Source: an uncultured Clostridia bacterium
GTDB lineage: Bacteria > Bacillota > Clostridia > Oscillospirales > Oscillospiraceae
Direction: 5' to 3'
NCBI GenBank assembly: GCA_946629065.1
Contig: CAMOXK010000001.1
Location: forward strand, 19,054 to 83,053
DNA length: 64,000 nucleotides
The position numbers were made by a program, and so were the translations under genes. Below, in pieces: positions 8,473 through 16,921 of the stretch; position 1 is the first letter of the stretch, and the number at the start of each line of letters is the position of its first letter. Below the pieces are notes generated by a model. It saw only the letters and a program-made list of their open reading frames with translations. It was not told the DNA's origin and did not search any database.

Positions 8473-9951
8473 TCAAAGCAGAATGCAGATAAGACCGCTG
8501 CCGCCTTCGTTAATCAGCCTCTCCAAGGTATCCCGCAGACGACGTTTCACATTGTCCGGGAGCGACCGGATGCGGCCGGTGATGCTGTCTTCCGCCAGAT
8601 CGTTGAGTGATCGACCGAAAATATTCGATTCCCAGATGCGATTGATATCCCCATCGAAACCTTGCAGAAGAAAGCCAAGGATCTCTTCGGACGCTCCGTC
8701 GCCGCCGATGGCAGGCGTCACTTCACTTTCGACCTGGGTACGGATCAGGTGGACGGCTGGCGCTTCGGCGCGCAGCTTCACCGAGTATTTGCCGTTTTGA
8801 CGCACGATCTGAGGCTCCTCAAGGTGAAGTTCATCCGCACCGGGCAAGATGATGCCGTAACCGGTGCTTCTGACCTCTTCCAAAGCCTGGTGGACCTGGT
8901 CATATTCTTTTCGGATTTCCCGCATCTGGCTCATCAAGGCCATGAGCTGCCCGTCGTTTTCCACCTTTGTACCGCAGCGTTCACTGATCATTTCATAATA
9001 GAGCCCCCGCGGAGGAGAAAGCCGAAGCACGGCTATGCCTTTACCCGGGTCTTCCCGTTCGACGGAAACCGAAGAAATCAAGTCTGAGGCCTGCAATCGT
9101 TCCTGAACAAGCTGTCGATCCCTCAACTTTTGGATCCCTTCACCGCCGGCTTTGATCGCAGCAAACAGTTTTTGCTTCAGCTCTTCCTCCGGAGAGAGAG
9201 CAGTGACCCAGTCCGGCAGGAAAAACTGCAGCGCCCGGATAGGGAACTCTTCCAGCGCCAGATGCAAGATTTCCTGTATCTCCCCTTCCCGCATGGTCTG
9301 GCAATTCACAGGAGTACAACTGACGTCATGATCGGCAGCAATCCTGGCAGCCAGCTCCTTCGCGCTCTCCCCTTTCGGGTCCGCGCAGTTAAGAAGCACT
9401 ACAAAGGGCTTGCCAATAGCCTTTAGTTCGGAAATGACGCGGCGCTCAGGCATCTGATAGGCTTCCCGCGGCAGATCGCAGATACTGCCGTCCGTTGTCA
9501 CCACAATTCCGATCGTTGCATGATCCTGCAAAACAAGTTCCGTCCCCTTCTCGGCGGCCTCGGTCATGGTGACTTCATGGTCAAACCAGGGCGTCGTCAC
9601 AAGACGCTCCTGCCCATCTTCCATCTGTCCGGCGGCTCCCTCCACCATGTAGCCCACACAATCTACCAGACGAACGGAGAGTTCGCTGTTCTCTCCCAGC
9701 GATATGGAAACCGGTTCCTCCGGTACGAACTTCGGTTCCGCCGTCATAATGCTGCGTCCAGAGCCGCTTTGCGGCAGCTCGTCCAATGTGCGCTGGCGCA
9801 GATAGTCATTTTTGATCCCCGGGATCACCAGAGTCTCCATAAAACGCTTGATAAAGGTGGACTTACCTGTTCGAACGGGCCCCACTACGCCCAGCATGCA
9901 GGCGCCGCCGGTACGCTGGGAAAGCTCCTGATAAATGTTTTGTTCTGACAT
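8473..9951 (-). CDS. spoIVA: Stage IV sporulation protein A
   Basis: 492 aa with a Walker A VVGPVRTGKSTFIKRFME at the N-terminus. Length and sequence are typical of SpoIVA. Confidence 0.92.
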   Translation of the reverse strand: MSEQNIYQELSQRTGGACMLGVVGPVRTGKSTFIKRFMETLVIPGIKNDYLRQRTLDELPQSGSGRSIMTAEPKFVPEEPVSISLGENSELSVRLVDCVGYMVEGAAGQMEDGQERLVTTPWFDHEVTMTEAAEKGTELVLQDHATIGIVVTTDGSICDLPREAYQMPERRVISELKAIGKPFVVLLNCADPKGESAKELAARIAADHDVSCTPVNCQTMREGEIQEILHLALEEFPIRALQFFLPDWVTALSPEEELKQKLFAAIKAGGEGIQKLRDRQLVQERLQASDLISSVSVEREDPGKGIAVLRLSPPRGLYYEMISERCGTKVENDGQLMALMSQMREIRKEYDQVHQALEEVRSTGYGIILPGADELHLEEPQIVRQNGKYSVKLRAEAPAVHLIRTQVESEVTPAIGGDGASEEILGFLLQGFDGDINRIWESNIFGRSLNDLAEDSITGRIRSLPDNVKRRLRDTLERLINEGGSGLICILL

Positions 9952-9958
9952 TAATAAA

Positions 9959-10009
9959 CGCCTCCGCTCTCATGGTCTCGTCGCTACGAGTGTATGAGAA
10001 GCGGAGGCG
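9959..10009 (-). terminator. Long hairpin after the Nif3 gene whose 3' arm contains the spoIVA SD
   Basis: On the minus strand, cgcctccgcttctcat pairs with atgagagcggaggcg (one bulge), followed by tttatta and the spoIVA ATG. See finding. Confidence 0.55.
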
Positions 10010-10023
10010 GCTTAGAACAGTGC

Positions 10024-10788
10024 TCAGAAGAAGGAAATCAGCTGGTGATGGACTTTGGAAACAGCGAATTCCACGTCAGGGAAGGCGGTGCTCAGACGAT
10101 CCGCCAGGACTGGGATCACGGGGGTTTCGGTGCAGAAGTGGTCCGCGTCGATCAAATTGAGACCAAGCTCCGCGGCATCCAAAAAGCTGTGATATTTGAC
10201 ATCTGCAGTTACATAGGTGTCACAGCCCTTTTCCAGAGCACAAGAAAGCGCATCGCCCCCGGAGCCGCCCATAACGGCAATACGGTGGACCGGTCGGCCC
10301 CCATCCACATAGCGAAGGCCATTTGTCCGAAGCCGATCCCTGCAGCGGGTAAGAAACTCAGAAAGGGACAGCTCTGTCGGCAGAATTCCGACGCGTCCGC
10401 AGCCGTCATCATCCAGGGCCTGCTCCGGCTCGGCGCCCAACAGACGGATCAGAACGTCATTGACGCCTCCCTGGGCTATATCCAGATTGGTGTGCATGCA
10501 GATGGCGGCAATCCCTTTTTCGACAAGAAGCATCGCCTTTTCGCCGGGACCATCGGGACGAAGCTCCTTCAAAGCACGGAAAATCACCGGATGATGGGAG
10601 AGAATGAGATCTGCGCCAAGCGCCTCTGCCTCCCGGATCACAGGAAGGGTGATATCCAGCGTCAGCAAGGCCTTCTTCACCGGGCGATCTCCCCTGCCGA
10701 TCAAAAAACCGGAATTATCAAAATCCATCTGGAGCTCTAGAGGGGCAAATTCACACAGCTTTTCAAAGATTTCCTGTACCGTTGGCAT
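10024..10788 (-). CDS. Nif3-like dinuclear metal centre protein (YqfO family)
   Basis: MPTVQEIFEKLCEFAPLELQMDFDNSGF.. and SHHP motifs. Start moved from track 10974 to 10788, because the upstream extension overlaps trmK. Confidence 0.85.
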   Translation of the reverse strand: MPTVQEIFEKLCEFAPLELQMDFDNSGFLIGRGDRPVKKALLTLDITLPVIREAEALGADLILSHHPVIFRALKELRPDGPGEKAMLLVEKGIAAICMHTNLDIAQGGVNDVLIRLLGAEPEQALDDDGCGRVGILPTELSLSEFLTRCRDRLRTNGLRYVDGGRPVHRIAVMGGSGGDALSCALEKGCDTYVTADVKYHSFLDAAELGLNLIDADHFCTETPVIPVLADRLSTAFPDVEFAVSKVHHQLISFF

Positions 10789-11461
10789 GTTTTGCACGCT
10801 CCTTTTCCAGTTCTTGCTCAATTCTTTCTGCCAATTGCAGTCTGCCCGGCTCTCTACCGCTTTGCCGAAGCCCTCGCAACAGTTTGCGGAAGCGCACCAG
10901 TTGTTTGGCAAGGAAAGCCGGCCAGAGCGGTTCCTGCTCCAGCATAGAGAAAGCGCCCGTGTAGAGCTCAGCATCGGTCAGCCGCATAGCCCCGCCGTAG
11001 CGTGCGGACAAGACCGCGTAGATCTCTTCGCCGTCTGCGACCAGTCGTTCGTCCTCAATGATAAATTCGTTGTTCACCAGCCAGTATCGCAGCACCTCCG
11101 CACGGGTCATTGGCTGAAGGATCAGCTGATAACGGGGATTCATACACCATTCCGCCCGATCCAGGATCCCGCAAATGGTATCTCCCCCCATACCGGCGAT
11201 GACGATGGTGTCAACAGAGTCCGGATCACAGAGGGAAAGACCGTCGCAAAGCTGAAAGACAATGCGATTTTCCAGGCCGGCGGCTTCGGCACTCCGGCGA
11301 GCGGCAGACAAGGGCCCTTGCCCAATGTCGGCGGCGAAGAGCGCGCCGGGATACCCGTGCAGGGCAAGGGAAACCGGCAGATATCCGTGGTCTGTTCCCA
11401 CATCGATCATGCCGATTCCAGGACGGATCATATTCTCAATGGCTTGCAAACGCCTGTTCAT
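10763..11461 (-). CDS. trmK: tRNA (adenine22-N1)-methyltransferase TrmK (YqfN family)
   Basis: IDVGTDHGYLP SAM-binding motif. The trmK-nif3 gene pair is arranged as in Bacillus. AAGGAGA SD. Confidence 0.85.
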   Translation of the reverse strand: MNRRLQAIENMIRPGIGMIDVGTDHGYLPVSLALHGYPGALFAADIGQGPLSAARRSAEAAGLENRIVFQLCDGLSLCDPDSVDTIVIAGMGGDTICGILDRAEWCMNPRYQLILQPMTRAEVLRYWLVNNEFIIEDERLVADGEEIYAVLSARYGGAMRLTDAELYTGAFSMLEQEPLWPAFLAKQLVRFRKLLRGLRQSGREPGRLQLAERIEQELEKERAKHANGTGNL

Positions 11462-11475
11462 GCTTTCTCCTTATC

Positions 11476-11503
11476 AAAAAAGCCGGATCTCATCCGGCTT
11501 TTC
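11476..11503 (-). terminator. Terminator after the DUF1858-like gene
   Basis: Stem agccggat / atccggct with A- and T-runs on either side. Confidence 0.75.
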
Positions 11504-11521
11504 TGCATTCTTGTATTGCGG

Positions 11522-11722
11522 TCAAACAGTTTCCAGATACTTCTTCAGGTATTCCAGAAATTCGTCCGGATCGACACCATGGGCGGCGCAGGCCTGCTCC
11601 ACGGTTTCGCCGCTGGCCATGGCGCAGCCGATGCAGTGCATGCCGATCTCCATAAAGGCGGGCATGGCCTCCGGGCAGCTCTCCACAATTTCACCGATCA
11701 CAGTTTCTCTCGTGATTTCCAT
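11522..11722 (-). CDS. DUF1858 / hybrid-cluster-protein-associated redox disulfide domain protein
   Basis: 66 aa with the typical ..PEAMPAFMEIGMHCIGCAMASGETVEQAC..HG.D signature of this small family. Confidence 0.75.
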   Translation of the reverse strand: MEITRETVIGEIVESCPEAMPAFMEIGMHCIGCAMASGETVEQACAAHGVDPDEFLEYLKKYLETV

Positions 11723-11747
11723 GATTCAATCCTCCTCTGAATTGGGA

Positions 11748-11779
11748 AAGAAAAAGTGGGACGCATAACGCATCCCACT
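11748..11779 (-). terminator. Terminator after the zinc-ribbon gene
   Basis: On the minus strand a 10-bp stem (agtgggatgc / gcgtcccact, one G-U pair) is followed by ttttcttt. Confidence 0.7.
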
Positions 11780-11794
11780 TTCCTGTCAGGCGGT

Positions 11795-12073
11795 TCAGGC
11801 CTGCTCTCTCATCTTAGCAAAGCACTCGCTGCAGTAGACGGGACGATCGGACTTGGGCTCAAAGGGAACCTTGGCCTCGCCGCCGCAGGCAGCGCAAGTG
11901 GCAGTGAAGAACTCCCGGGGACCGCGGGCCGCGTTCTTGCGAGCGTCACGGCAGGGCTTGCAGCGCTGGGGCTCGTTCTGGAAGCCGCGCTCAGCGTAGA
12001 ACTCCTGCTCACCGGCGGTGAAAACGAACTCTTTACCGCACTCTTTGCATACTAAGGTCTTGTCTTCGTACAT
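11795..12073 (-). CDS. Zinc-ribbon domain protein (two CxxC pairs)
   Basis: 92 aa: CKECGKEFVFTAGEQEFY..RCKPCR then CAACGGE..YCSECF. This is a widespread small zinc-ribbon family. Confidence 0.75.
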   Translation of the reverse strand: MYEDKTLVCKECGKEFVFTAGEQEFYAERGFQNEPQRCKPCRDARKNAARGPREFFTATCAACGGEAKVPFEPKSDRPVYCSECFAKMREQA

Positions 12074-12121
12074 TTTGGAATCCTCTCTTTTGATAGTTGC
12101 CGTTATCGGCTGTATTTGCGA

Positions 12122-12745
12122 TCAGCTCACGCTGATATCGCCGGGGTGAAGGGAATGCGCCAACTTGCGCCGGATACGCTGCACAGCGTTGTCCACGGAC
12201 TTTTCGTCCTTATCCAGGGCTTTTGCAATGTCGCGATAGGAAAGGCCGTCCAGAAACAGGTCCAGAACCTGCTTTTCCATCTTGGATAAACACCGTGCAA
12301 ACAGATCTTTCAGCTCTTCCTTGCTCTCTCTGGCCAGAACCAAATCCTCCGGGCTGCGGCGAAAATATTCGGGTGCTGCCGATAACTGCGAACTGGAGTC
12401 GTCGGAGAGTTGCTCAAGGGGCATGCTGTCGTTCAAAGGCTGATGCTTCATGCGGGATGCGGTTTTCACAGCGGAATACAGGCGCATGCGAATGCAATGT
12501 TCCGCAAAACTGCGAAAACTAACGCCCTGTTCGGGGTCGTACTCCCGGATGGCCGAGAGGAGACCGAACATTCCTTCCTGACTGAGATCTTCACTGTCTC
12601 CCCCGGCAAGGAACAGCGGACGGGCACAGGCGCGCACCATCTGCATATACCGGGAGGCCAGGATCTCTTCTGCCGTGCGGTCCCCTTCCTGTACGAAGAG
12701 CCGCTGCAGATCCCTGTCGCTCAAAGAAAAATAATCTCGCATCAT
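12122..12745 (-). CDS. sigH: RNA polymerase sporulation sigma factor SigH
   Basis: Collinear with B. subtilis SigH: EDLSQEGMFGL, TASRMKHQPLN, LSKMEKQVLDLFLDGLSYRDIAKALDKDEKSVDNAVQRIRRKL. Confidence 0.85.
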   Translation of the reverse strand: MMRDYFSLSDRDLQRLFVQEGDRTAEEILASRYMQMVRACARPLFLAGGDSEDLSQEGMFGLLSAIREYDPEQGVSFRSFAEHCIRMRLYSAVKTASRMKHQPLNDSMPLEQLSDDSSSQLSAAPEYFRRSPEDLVLARESKEELKDLFARCLSKMEKQVLDLFLDGLSYRDIAKALDKDEKSVDNAVQRIRRKLAHSLHPGDISVS

Positions 12746-12776
12746 TCATGAAATACACTACAAACGTACATTCCTT

Positions 12777-12804
12777 ATTATATAGAAGCTTCGGGCAAAG
12801 TCAA
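12777..12804 (-). promoter_or_regulatory. Sigma-A type promoter for sigH
   Basis: Minus strand TTGACT (12804-12799), 16-nt spacer, TATAAT (12782-12777). Confidence 0.55.
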
Positions 12805-12856
12805 TAACTTTTTCGCAATTTCGAGGGAAAAATTATGATATTTACATACAGAGTGG

Positions 12857-13894
12857 TCAAATATCCAGCTGCTGCTGACCCATATAGGCTATGCCCAGGT
12901 GCTCATACGCCCGCCGGGTTACACAGCGCCCTCTCGGAGTCCGGGTAAGAAAGCCCTGCTGCAGCAAATAGGGCTCATACATATCCTCCAGCGTCACGGC
13001 TTCCTCGTTGATGGTGGCAGCGAGCGTTTCCAGTCCAACCGGTCCGCCATTATAGAACTCAATGATGCTGCGGAGCATTCTCCGGTCCAGCGCATCCAGA
13101 CCCAAGCGGTCCACTTCCAAACGGCTCAGTGCCAGATCGGCCACTTCCCGGGTGATCACCCCATCGGCACGGACCTGGGCAAAGTCCCGGACCCGGCGTA
13201 GAAGCCGGTTCGCGATACGAGGCGTGCCGCGAGAGCGGGAAGCGATCTCAAAAGCTCCGTCCGGCTCGATATCCACATTCAGGATCCCGGCGGAGCGGGT
13301 GACGATCCGCTGCAGTTCCTTGGGACTGTATAGCTCCAGACGGAGGGCAACGCCGAAACGGTCCCGCAACGGTGCAGTGAGCTGTCCGGAGCGGGTGGTA
13401 GCACCGATCAGCGTAAAACGGGGCAGGTCCAGATGAATGGAGTTGGCGGAAGGTCCCTTTCCAAGGATGATGTCAATGGCAAAGTCCTCCATCGCGGGAT
13501 AGAGGATCTCCTCATAGGCACGATTCAGCCGATGAATCTCATCCACGAAGAGGATATCCCCCTCGTTAAGATTCGTCAGCATAGCCACAAGATCGCCCGG
13601 CTTTTCAATGGCGGGGCCGGAGGTGATACGCATATTGACGCCCATCTCGTTGGCAATCACTGCGGCCAGGGTGGTCTTACCAAGGCCCGGGGGCCCGTGG
13701 AGCAGCACATGGTCCAGCGGCTCGTTTCTCATTTTGGCGGCGTTGATGAAGATCTCCAGATTGCCCTTGGCCTTCTCCTGACCGATATACTCGGTCAAAG
13801 TTCTGGGGCGCAGAGACCCCTCCGCCTGGTCTTCCGGGAGAGAGGCCGATGTGGTCAAAACCTCTCCGGTATCTTCGGAAAAATTGATGCTCAT
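12857..13894 (-). CDS. ruvB: Holliday junction branch migration helicase RuvB
   Basis: [12 protein letters not shown], Walker [10 protein letters not shown] and DEIHRL motifs. GGAGGG SD. Confidence 0.97.
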   Translation of the reverse strand: MSINFSEDTGEVLTTSASLPEDQAEGSLRPRTLTEYIGQEKAKGNLEIFINAAKMRNEPLDHVLLHGPPGLGKTTLAAVIANEMGVNMRITSGPAIEKPGDLVAMLTNLNEGDILFVDEIHRLNRAYEEILYPAMEDFAIDIILGKGPSANSIHLDLPRFTLIGATTRSGQLTAPLRDRFGVALRLELYSPKELQRIVTRSAGILNVDIEPDGAFEIASRSRGTPRIANRLLRRVRDFAQVRADGVITREVADLALSRLEVDRLGLDALDRRMLRSIIEFYNGGPVGLETLAATINEEAVTLEDMYEPYLLQQGFLTRTPRGRCVTRRAYEHLGIAYMGQQQLDI

Positions 13895-13933
13895 GGATAA
13901 TCCCTCCGGGATTTTAGTTTTGCGCTATCCGCT

Positions 13934-14104
13934 TTATACTACTCTCAAATAAGAAGCTTTAAAAAGGATTGCGAGACAGAATTGCGCCAGACGAGGCGAA
14001 GGCCGCAGAGCATAATGGAGATATATGTTCAAGGGCTTCAACGAAGTATGGCACAATTCTGGCCACAAGACTTTAAAGATTTCTATTTGAAAGTAGTATT
14101 ATAT
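13934..14104. repeat. 171-bp MITE-like hairpin repeat, copy 1 (inside the ruvA-ruvB spacer)
   Basis: About 96% identical to 16647-16818 in the same orientation, with ~28-bp imperfect terminal inverted repeats and an inner 12-bp stem. Confidence 0.9.
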
Positions 14105-14125
14105 GCTCAATGGAGAGTGGAAAGC

Positions 14126-14734
14126 TTATTTGACCATTTGCTTCAGGACAGCCTTGATGATCGCTTGGGCGTCGAGACCGGTAAGGTCCATGTTTTTCAG
14201 CACCGGGCCCAACTCAGCGCTAGAATAGCCCAAAACCGCAAGGCCGGCAATGGCGTCGTTCAGCGCACGGTTCTCCCCTGACTGGGCAGCAGGAGCGCTG
14301 ACAGCCGGCATGGACCAATCGGTACTCTGCAGTTCTTTGCCGATCTTGTCCTTAAGCTCCAAAATGACCCGCTGAGCGATTTTTTTACCGATACCGGGTG
14401 CAACGGTCAGGGCCTTGACATCGTCGTTCAGAATGGCCAGAGCAAGGCTCTCAGGACTGTTGTAGCTCAGAATGGAAAGCGCAGCCTTAGGGCCAATGCC
14501 GGAAACGGCAATGAGCATTTCGAAACAGCGCTTCTCCCCTTTATCATAAAAGCCGAAGAGATCGAAATTCGTCTCCCCGATACTCTCGGTCACATAAAGC
14601 TTGACCTTTTCCCCATTTTTCAATCGACTCAGCGTATTTGCCGTGACGTTAAGGGCAAAGCCCAGACCGACGCAATCCAGCACAGCCAGATTCTGGCCAA
14701 GCTCAGCGACAGTGCCTTCTATGTGGTAGAACAT
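14126..14734 (-). CDS. ruvA: Holliday junction DNA helicase subunit RuvA
   Basis: MFYHIEGTV.. OB fold, two HhH motifs (GIGPKAAL, GIGKKIAQR) and a C-terminal RuvB-binding domain. Confidence 0.95.
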   Translation of the reverse strand: MFYHIEGTVAELGQNLAVLDCVGLGFALNVTANTLSRLKNGEKVKLYVTESIGETNFDLFGFYDKGEKRCFEMLIAVSGIGPKAALSILSYNSPESLALAILNDDVKALTVAPGIGKKIAQRVILELKDKIGKELQSTDWSMPAVSAPAAQSGENRALNDAIAGLAVLGYSSAELGPVLKNMDLTGLDAQAIIKAVLKQMVK

Positions 14735-15231
14735 TCGTTGTTGCCTCCCCGATTCAATAAACTGGTGGAGCTTCGTGCATGGCAGAGAGCCAGTGCAACC
14801 GCGTCGGCAGCATCATCCGGTTTGGGCGGCGCCGGAAGATTACAGAGGCGCTTGACCATATCCATGACCTGCTTTTTCTCCGCACGGCCGTAGCCCACCA
14901 CAGACTGTTTGACCTGCAGAGGGGTATACTCAAAGATCTCCACCCCGGCCAGGCGGCAGGCCAGCAGGATCACGCCTCTTGCGTGGGCCACAGCAATACC
15001 GGTGGTAATATTGGTATTGAAAAACAGCTCCTCAATACTCACCGCATCGGGCTTGAAAATGTCCAGCAGATCTGCCATATCCCGGAAAATCTGCTCCAGG
15101 CGGCTGGAAAGCTGCGTATGTGCGGGCGTGGTGATCACCCCGCATTTCACAAGCACCTGACGGTTCCTGTCCTTATCCACTACGCCGAAACCTATGGTGG
15201 CAACGCCGGGGTCAATACCCAAAATGCGCAT
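14719..15231 (-). CDS. ruvC: Crossover junction endodeoxyribonuclease RuvC
   Basis: MRILGIDPG..GFGV.. N-terminus and catalytic acidic residues. It overlaps the ruvA start by 16 nt. Confidence 0.95.
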   Translation of the reverse strand: MRILGIDPGVATIGFGVVDKDRNRQVLVKCGVITTPAHTQLSSRLEQIFRDMADLLDIFKPDAVSIEELFFNTNITTGIAVAHARGVILLACRLAGVEIFEYTPLQVKQSVVGYGRAEKKQVMDMVKRLCNLPAPPKPDDAADAVALALCHARSSTSLLNRGGNNECSTT

Positions 15232-15320
15232 AAAATCAACTCCAAACTATATTTTACCATAGACCGGCTGTACACGCAAGCTTCGTTTCGGAAAAGCAAG
15301 TGTCTATCACACTTTTGAAG

Positions 15321-15351
15321 CAGAAACATACCCCTATGGGGTATGTTTCTG
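15321..15351. other. Perfect 14-bp inverted repeat with a 3-nt loop upstream of ruvC
   Basis: cagaaacatacccc tat ggggtatgtttctg. There is no U-run on either strand. Confidence 0.6.
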
Positions 15352-15370
15352 AGCTGTGGGGGTATCTGTT

Positions 15371-15408
15371 GAAAAGAATAGAGGCACGGAAGCTGTTTCC
15401 GTGTCTCT
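15371..15408 (-). terminator. Terminator after the VanZ-like gene
   Basis: On the minus strand, agagacacggaa(a) pairs with ttccgtgcctct and is followed by attcttttc. Confidence 0.8.
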
Positions 15409-15431
15409 ATCATCAAGGCCCGAGAAGGAGT

Positions 15432-15926
15432 TCAGGGGCTTTTTCTCTTCTTTCGGATTGCGAGAACCAAAGATAGGATCATAACGCCCAACAGAACGCC
15501 GACGCTGTCCAGCATTACATCCTTCCCTTCCCCGCTGCGTCCGGGAACGATAAGCTGATGGATTTCATCGGATACGGAATAGAACACGCCGGCAAGGAAG
15601 GCAAATAGTTTCGGGAAACGAAGCTCCTTTTTGTTTTGCAATGCAGTTACATGCAGCATCAAGGCAAAACCAAGAAAGGCATACTCTGTCAGATGGGCAG
15701 TTTTTCGGACCAGAAAGGATGTTCTGAGCAAAAGCTCCGATCTTGTATCCGGATCCAGGGATTCGTAATTCGGGGCTATGACTTTCAGAATCAAAGAGAC
15801 GAAAAAACCACTGGTTTCGTCGGATTCGTCTGCTGGCTGGGCTGAAAAGCAAAAAATCATGACCATGAGTGACAATACCAACAGAAGCGTCAGTCCAACC
15901 GCGTGGGCTCGGATCCACCTTTTCAT
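15432..15926 (-). CDS. VanZ-family membrane protein
   Basis: RKTAHLTEYAFLG and SDEIHQLIVPGRSG..DVMLD motifs. Start moved to MKRWIRA (15926), which lies behind a GGAGGGGAGGGGA SD. Confidence 0.8.
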   Translation of the reverse strand: MKRWIRAHAVGLTLLLVLSLMVMIFCFSAQPADESDETSGFFVSLILKVIAPNYESLDPDTRSELLLRTSFLVRKTAHLTEYAFLGFALMLHVTALQNKKELRFPKLFAFLAGVFYSVSDEIHQLIVPGRSGEGKDVMLDSVGVLLGVMILSLVLAIRKKRKSP

Positions 15927-15968
15927 AGCGTGTCCCCTCCCCTCCCTATGTTCATGCCGTTGCATCTG

Positions 15969-16003
15969 AAAAAAAGGATGTGAGTTCAGACTCACATCCT
16001 TTT
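15969..16003. terminator. Bidirectional terminator downstream of the lipoprotein gene
   Basis: Stem aggatgtgag / ctcacatcct with an A-run before and a T-run after. Confidence 0.75.
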
Positions 16004-16114
16004 ATACACCGAAAAAAGCTCTTTGTCACCTGTTTTTGGGACGATGACTCTCCCCTCTTCACTAGCTCTTTGAAACGCCGTTCTATTCTTCTGCTCTTCG
16101 GATCTGTTTTTGAA

Positions 16115-16498
16115 TCAGCTTCCTGCTTTTGTAAGCTCGGGACACACGAGAGTGATCTCCATTTCACTGTCCAAAACATTTTGCAGCTGCATGACGCCGT
16201 TGGATAAGGTACCGTCCAGAGCTGCGCCGCCGCCCTCTGCGTGAAAGACGTCTCCATCCAGCGTCCATTTCAAGTTATAGTCTTTGCCGTCATAGTGGAA
16301 CACAGCTTTACCGCCGTTTTTCAGCTCCAAAGAAAAGCCATCCTCAAACACATCGGAGATCTGGATGCTGAGACCGTACATCTGGGCGGATTCCGCCTCA
16401 TACAGTCCGGCGTTGGGGTCCGGTTCCCCGCTCTCCCCACAGGCAGCAAGGGCCAGCAACAAGGAAAGCGCCAGAAGAAGCGAAAACAGTTTCTTCAT
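16115..16498 (-). CDS. Small lipoprotein of unknown function
   Basis: MKKLFSLLLALSLLLALAAC signal peptide with an LAAC lipobox. Start moved to 16498, which lies behind an AGGAGA SD. Confidence 0.75.
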   Translation of the reverse strand: MKKLFSLLLALSLLLALAACGESGEPDPNAGLYEAESAQMYGLSIQISDVFEDGFSLELKNGGKAVFHYDGKDYNLKWTLDGDVFHAEGGGAALDGTLSNGVMQLQNVLDSEMEITLVCPELTKAGS

Positions 16499-16646
16499 GT
16501 TGGTTCTCCTTTCGATTTGATTGTCTATGGTTCTGTTCTGGTTTTGATCATCATTTTGCGATTTAGCGAGCTGCCCTGCTACCATTGAACCACACTCCAT
16601 TCTTTGAAGTCAAGCATTTTTATCAAAAAATCATAAGTTCAAACTG

Positions 16647-16818
16647 TTATACTACTTTCAAATAAGAAACTTTAAAAAGGATTGCGAGACTTCAATTGCG
16701 CCAGACGAGGCGAAGGCCGCAGAGCATAATGGAGATATATGGTCAAGGGCTTCAACGAAGTATGGCACAATTCTGGCCACAAGACTTTAAAGATTTCTAT
16801 TTGAAAGTAGTATGATAT
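16647..16818. repeat. MITE-like hairpin repeat, copy 2 (172 bp)
   Basis: Same unit as 13934-14104. It lies between the yebC terminator and the lipoprotein gene promoter region. Confidence 0.9.
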
Positions 16819-16883
16819 CATGGTGGCCAGAGTCAATGGGTGTGCTTTGCAGAATTCATATTTGCAGCCAACAATAATCGTTA

Positions 16884-16921
16884 AGAGAAAACCCTCCTGC
16901 TGCATGTCACAACAGGAGGGT
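16884..16921 (-). terminator. Terminator after yebC
   Basis: On the minus strand, accctcctg pairs with caggagggt and is followed by tttctctt. Confidence 0.7.

Noticed and set aside
10788-10974. 5' extensions of several track ORFs (10024..10974, 25499..26596, 26421..27005, 35397..35903, 41619..41729, 50364..50438, 58325..58396, 59542..59613)
   Set aside because: In each case the extension overlaps the upstream gene or an RNA gene. A conserved family N-terminus with a proper SD lies at the internal ATG used in the feature list.
13982-14281. Track ORFs 13982..14281 (+, 99 aa) and 16672..16905 (-, 77 aa) inside the repeat copies
   Set aside because: They are on opposite strands in the two copies, run out of the repeat into unrelated sequence (antisense to ruvA in one case), and have no SD. 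The repeat is therefore treated as non-coding.
15321-15351. LexA/Cheo box in front of the ruv operon
   Set aside because: The palindrome contains GAAAC...GTTTC half-sites 17 nt apart. That does not fit GAAC-N4-GTTC, so no SOS box is claimed.
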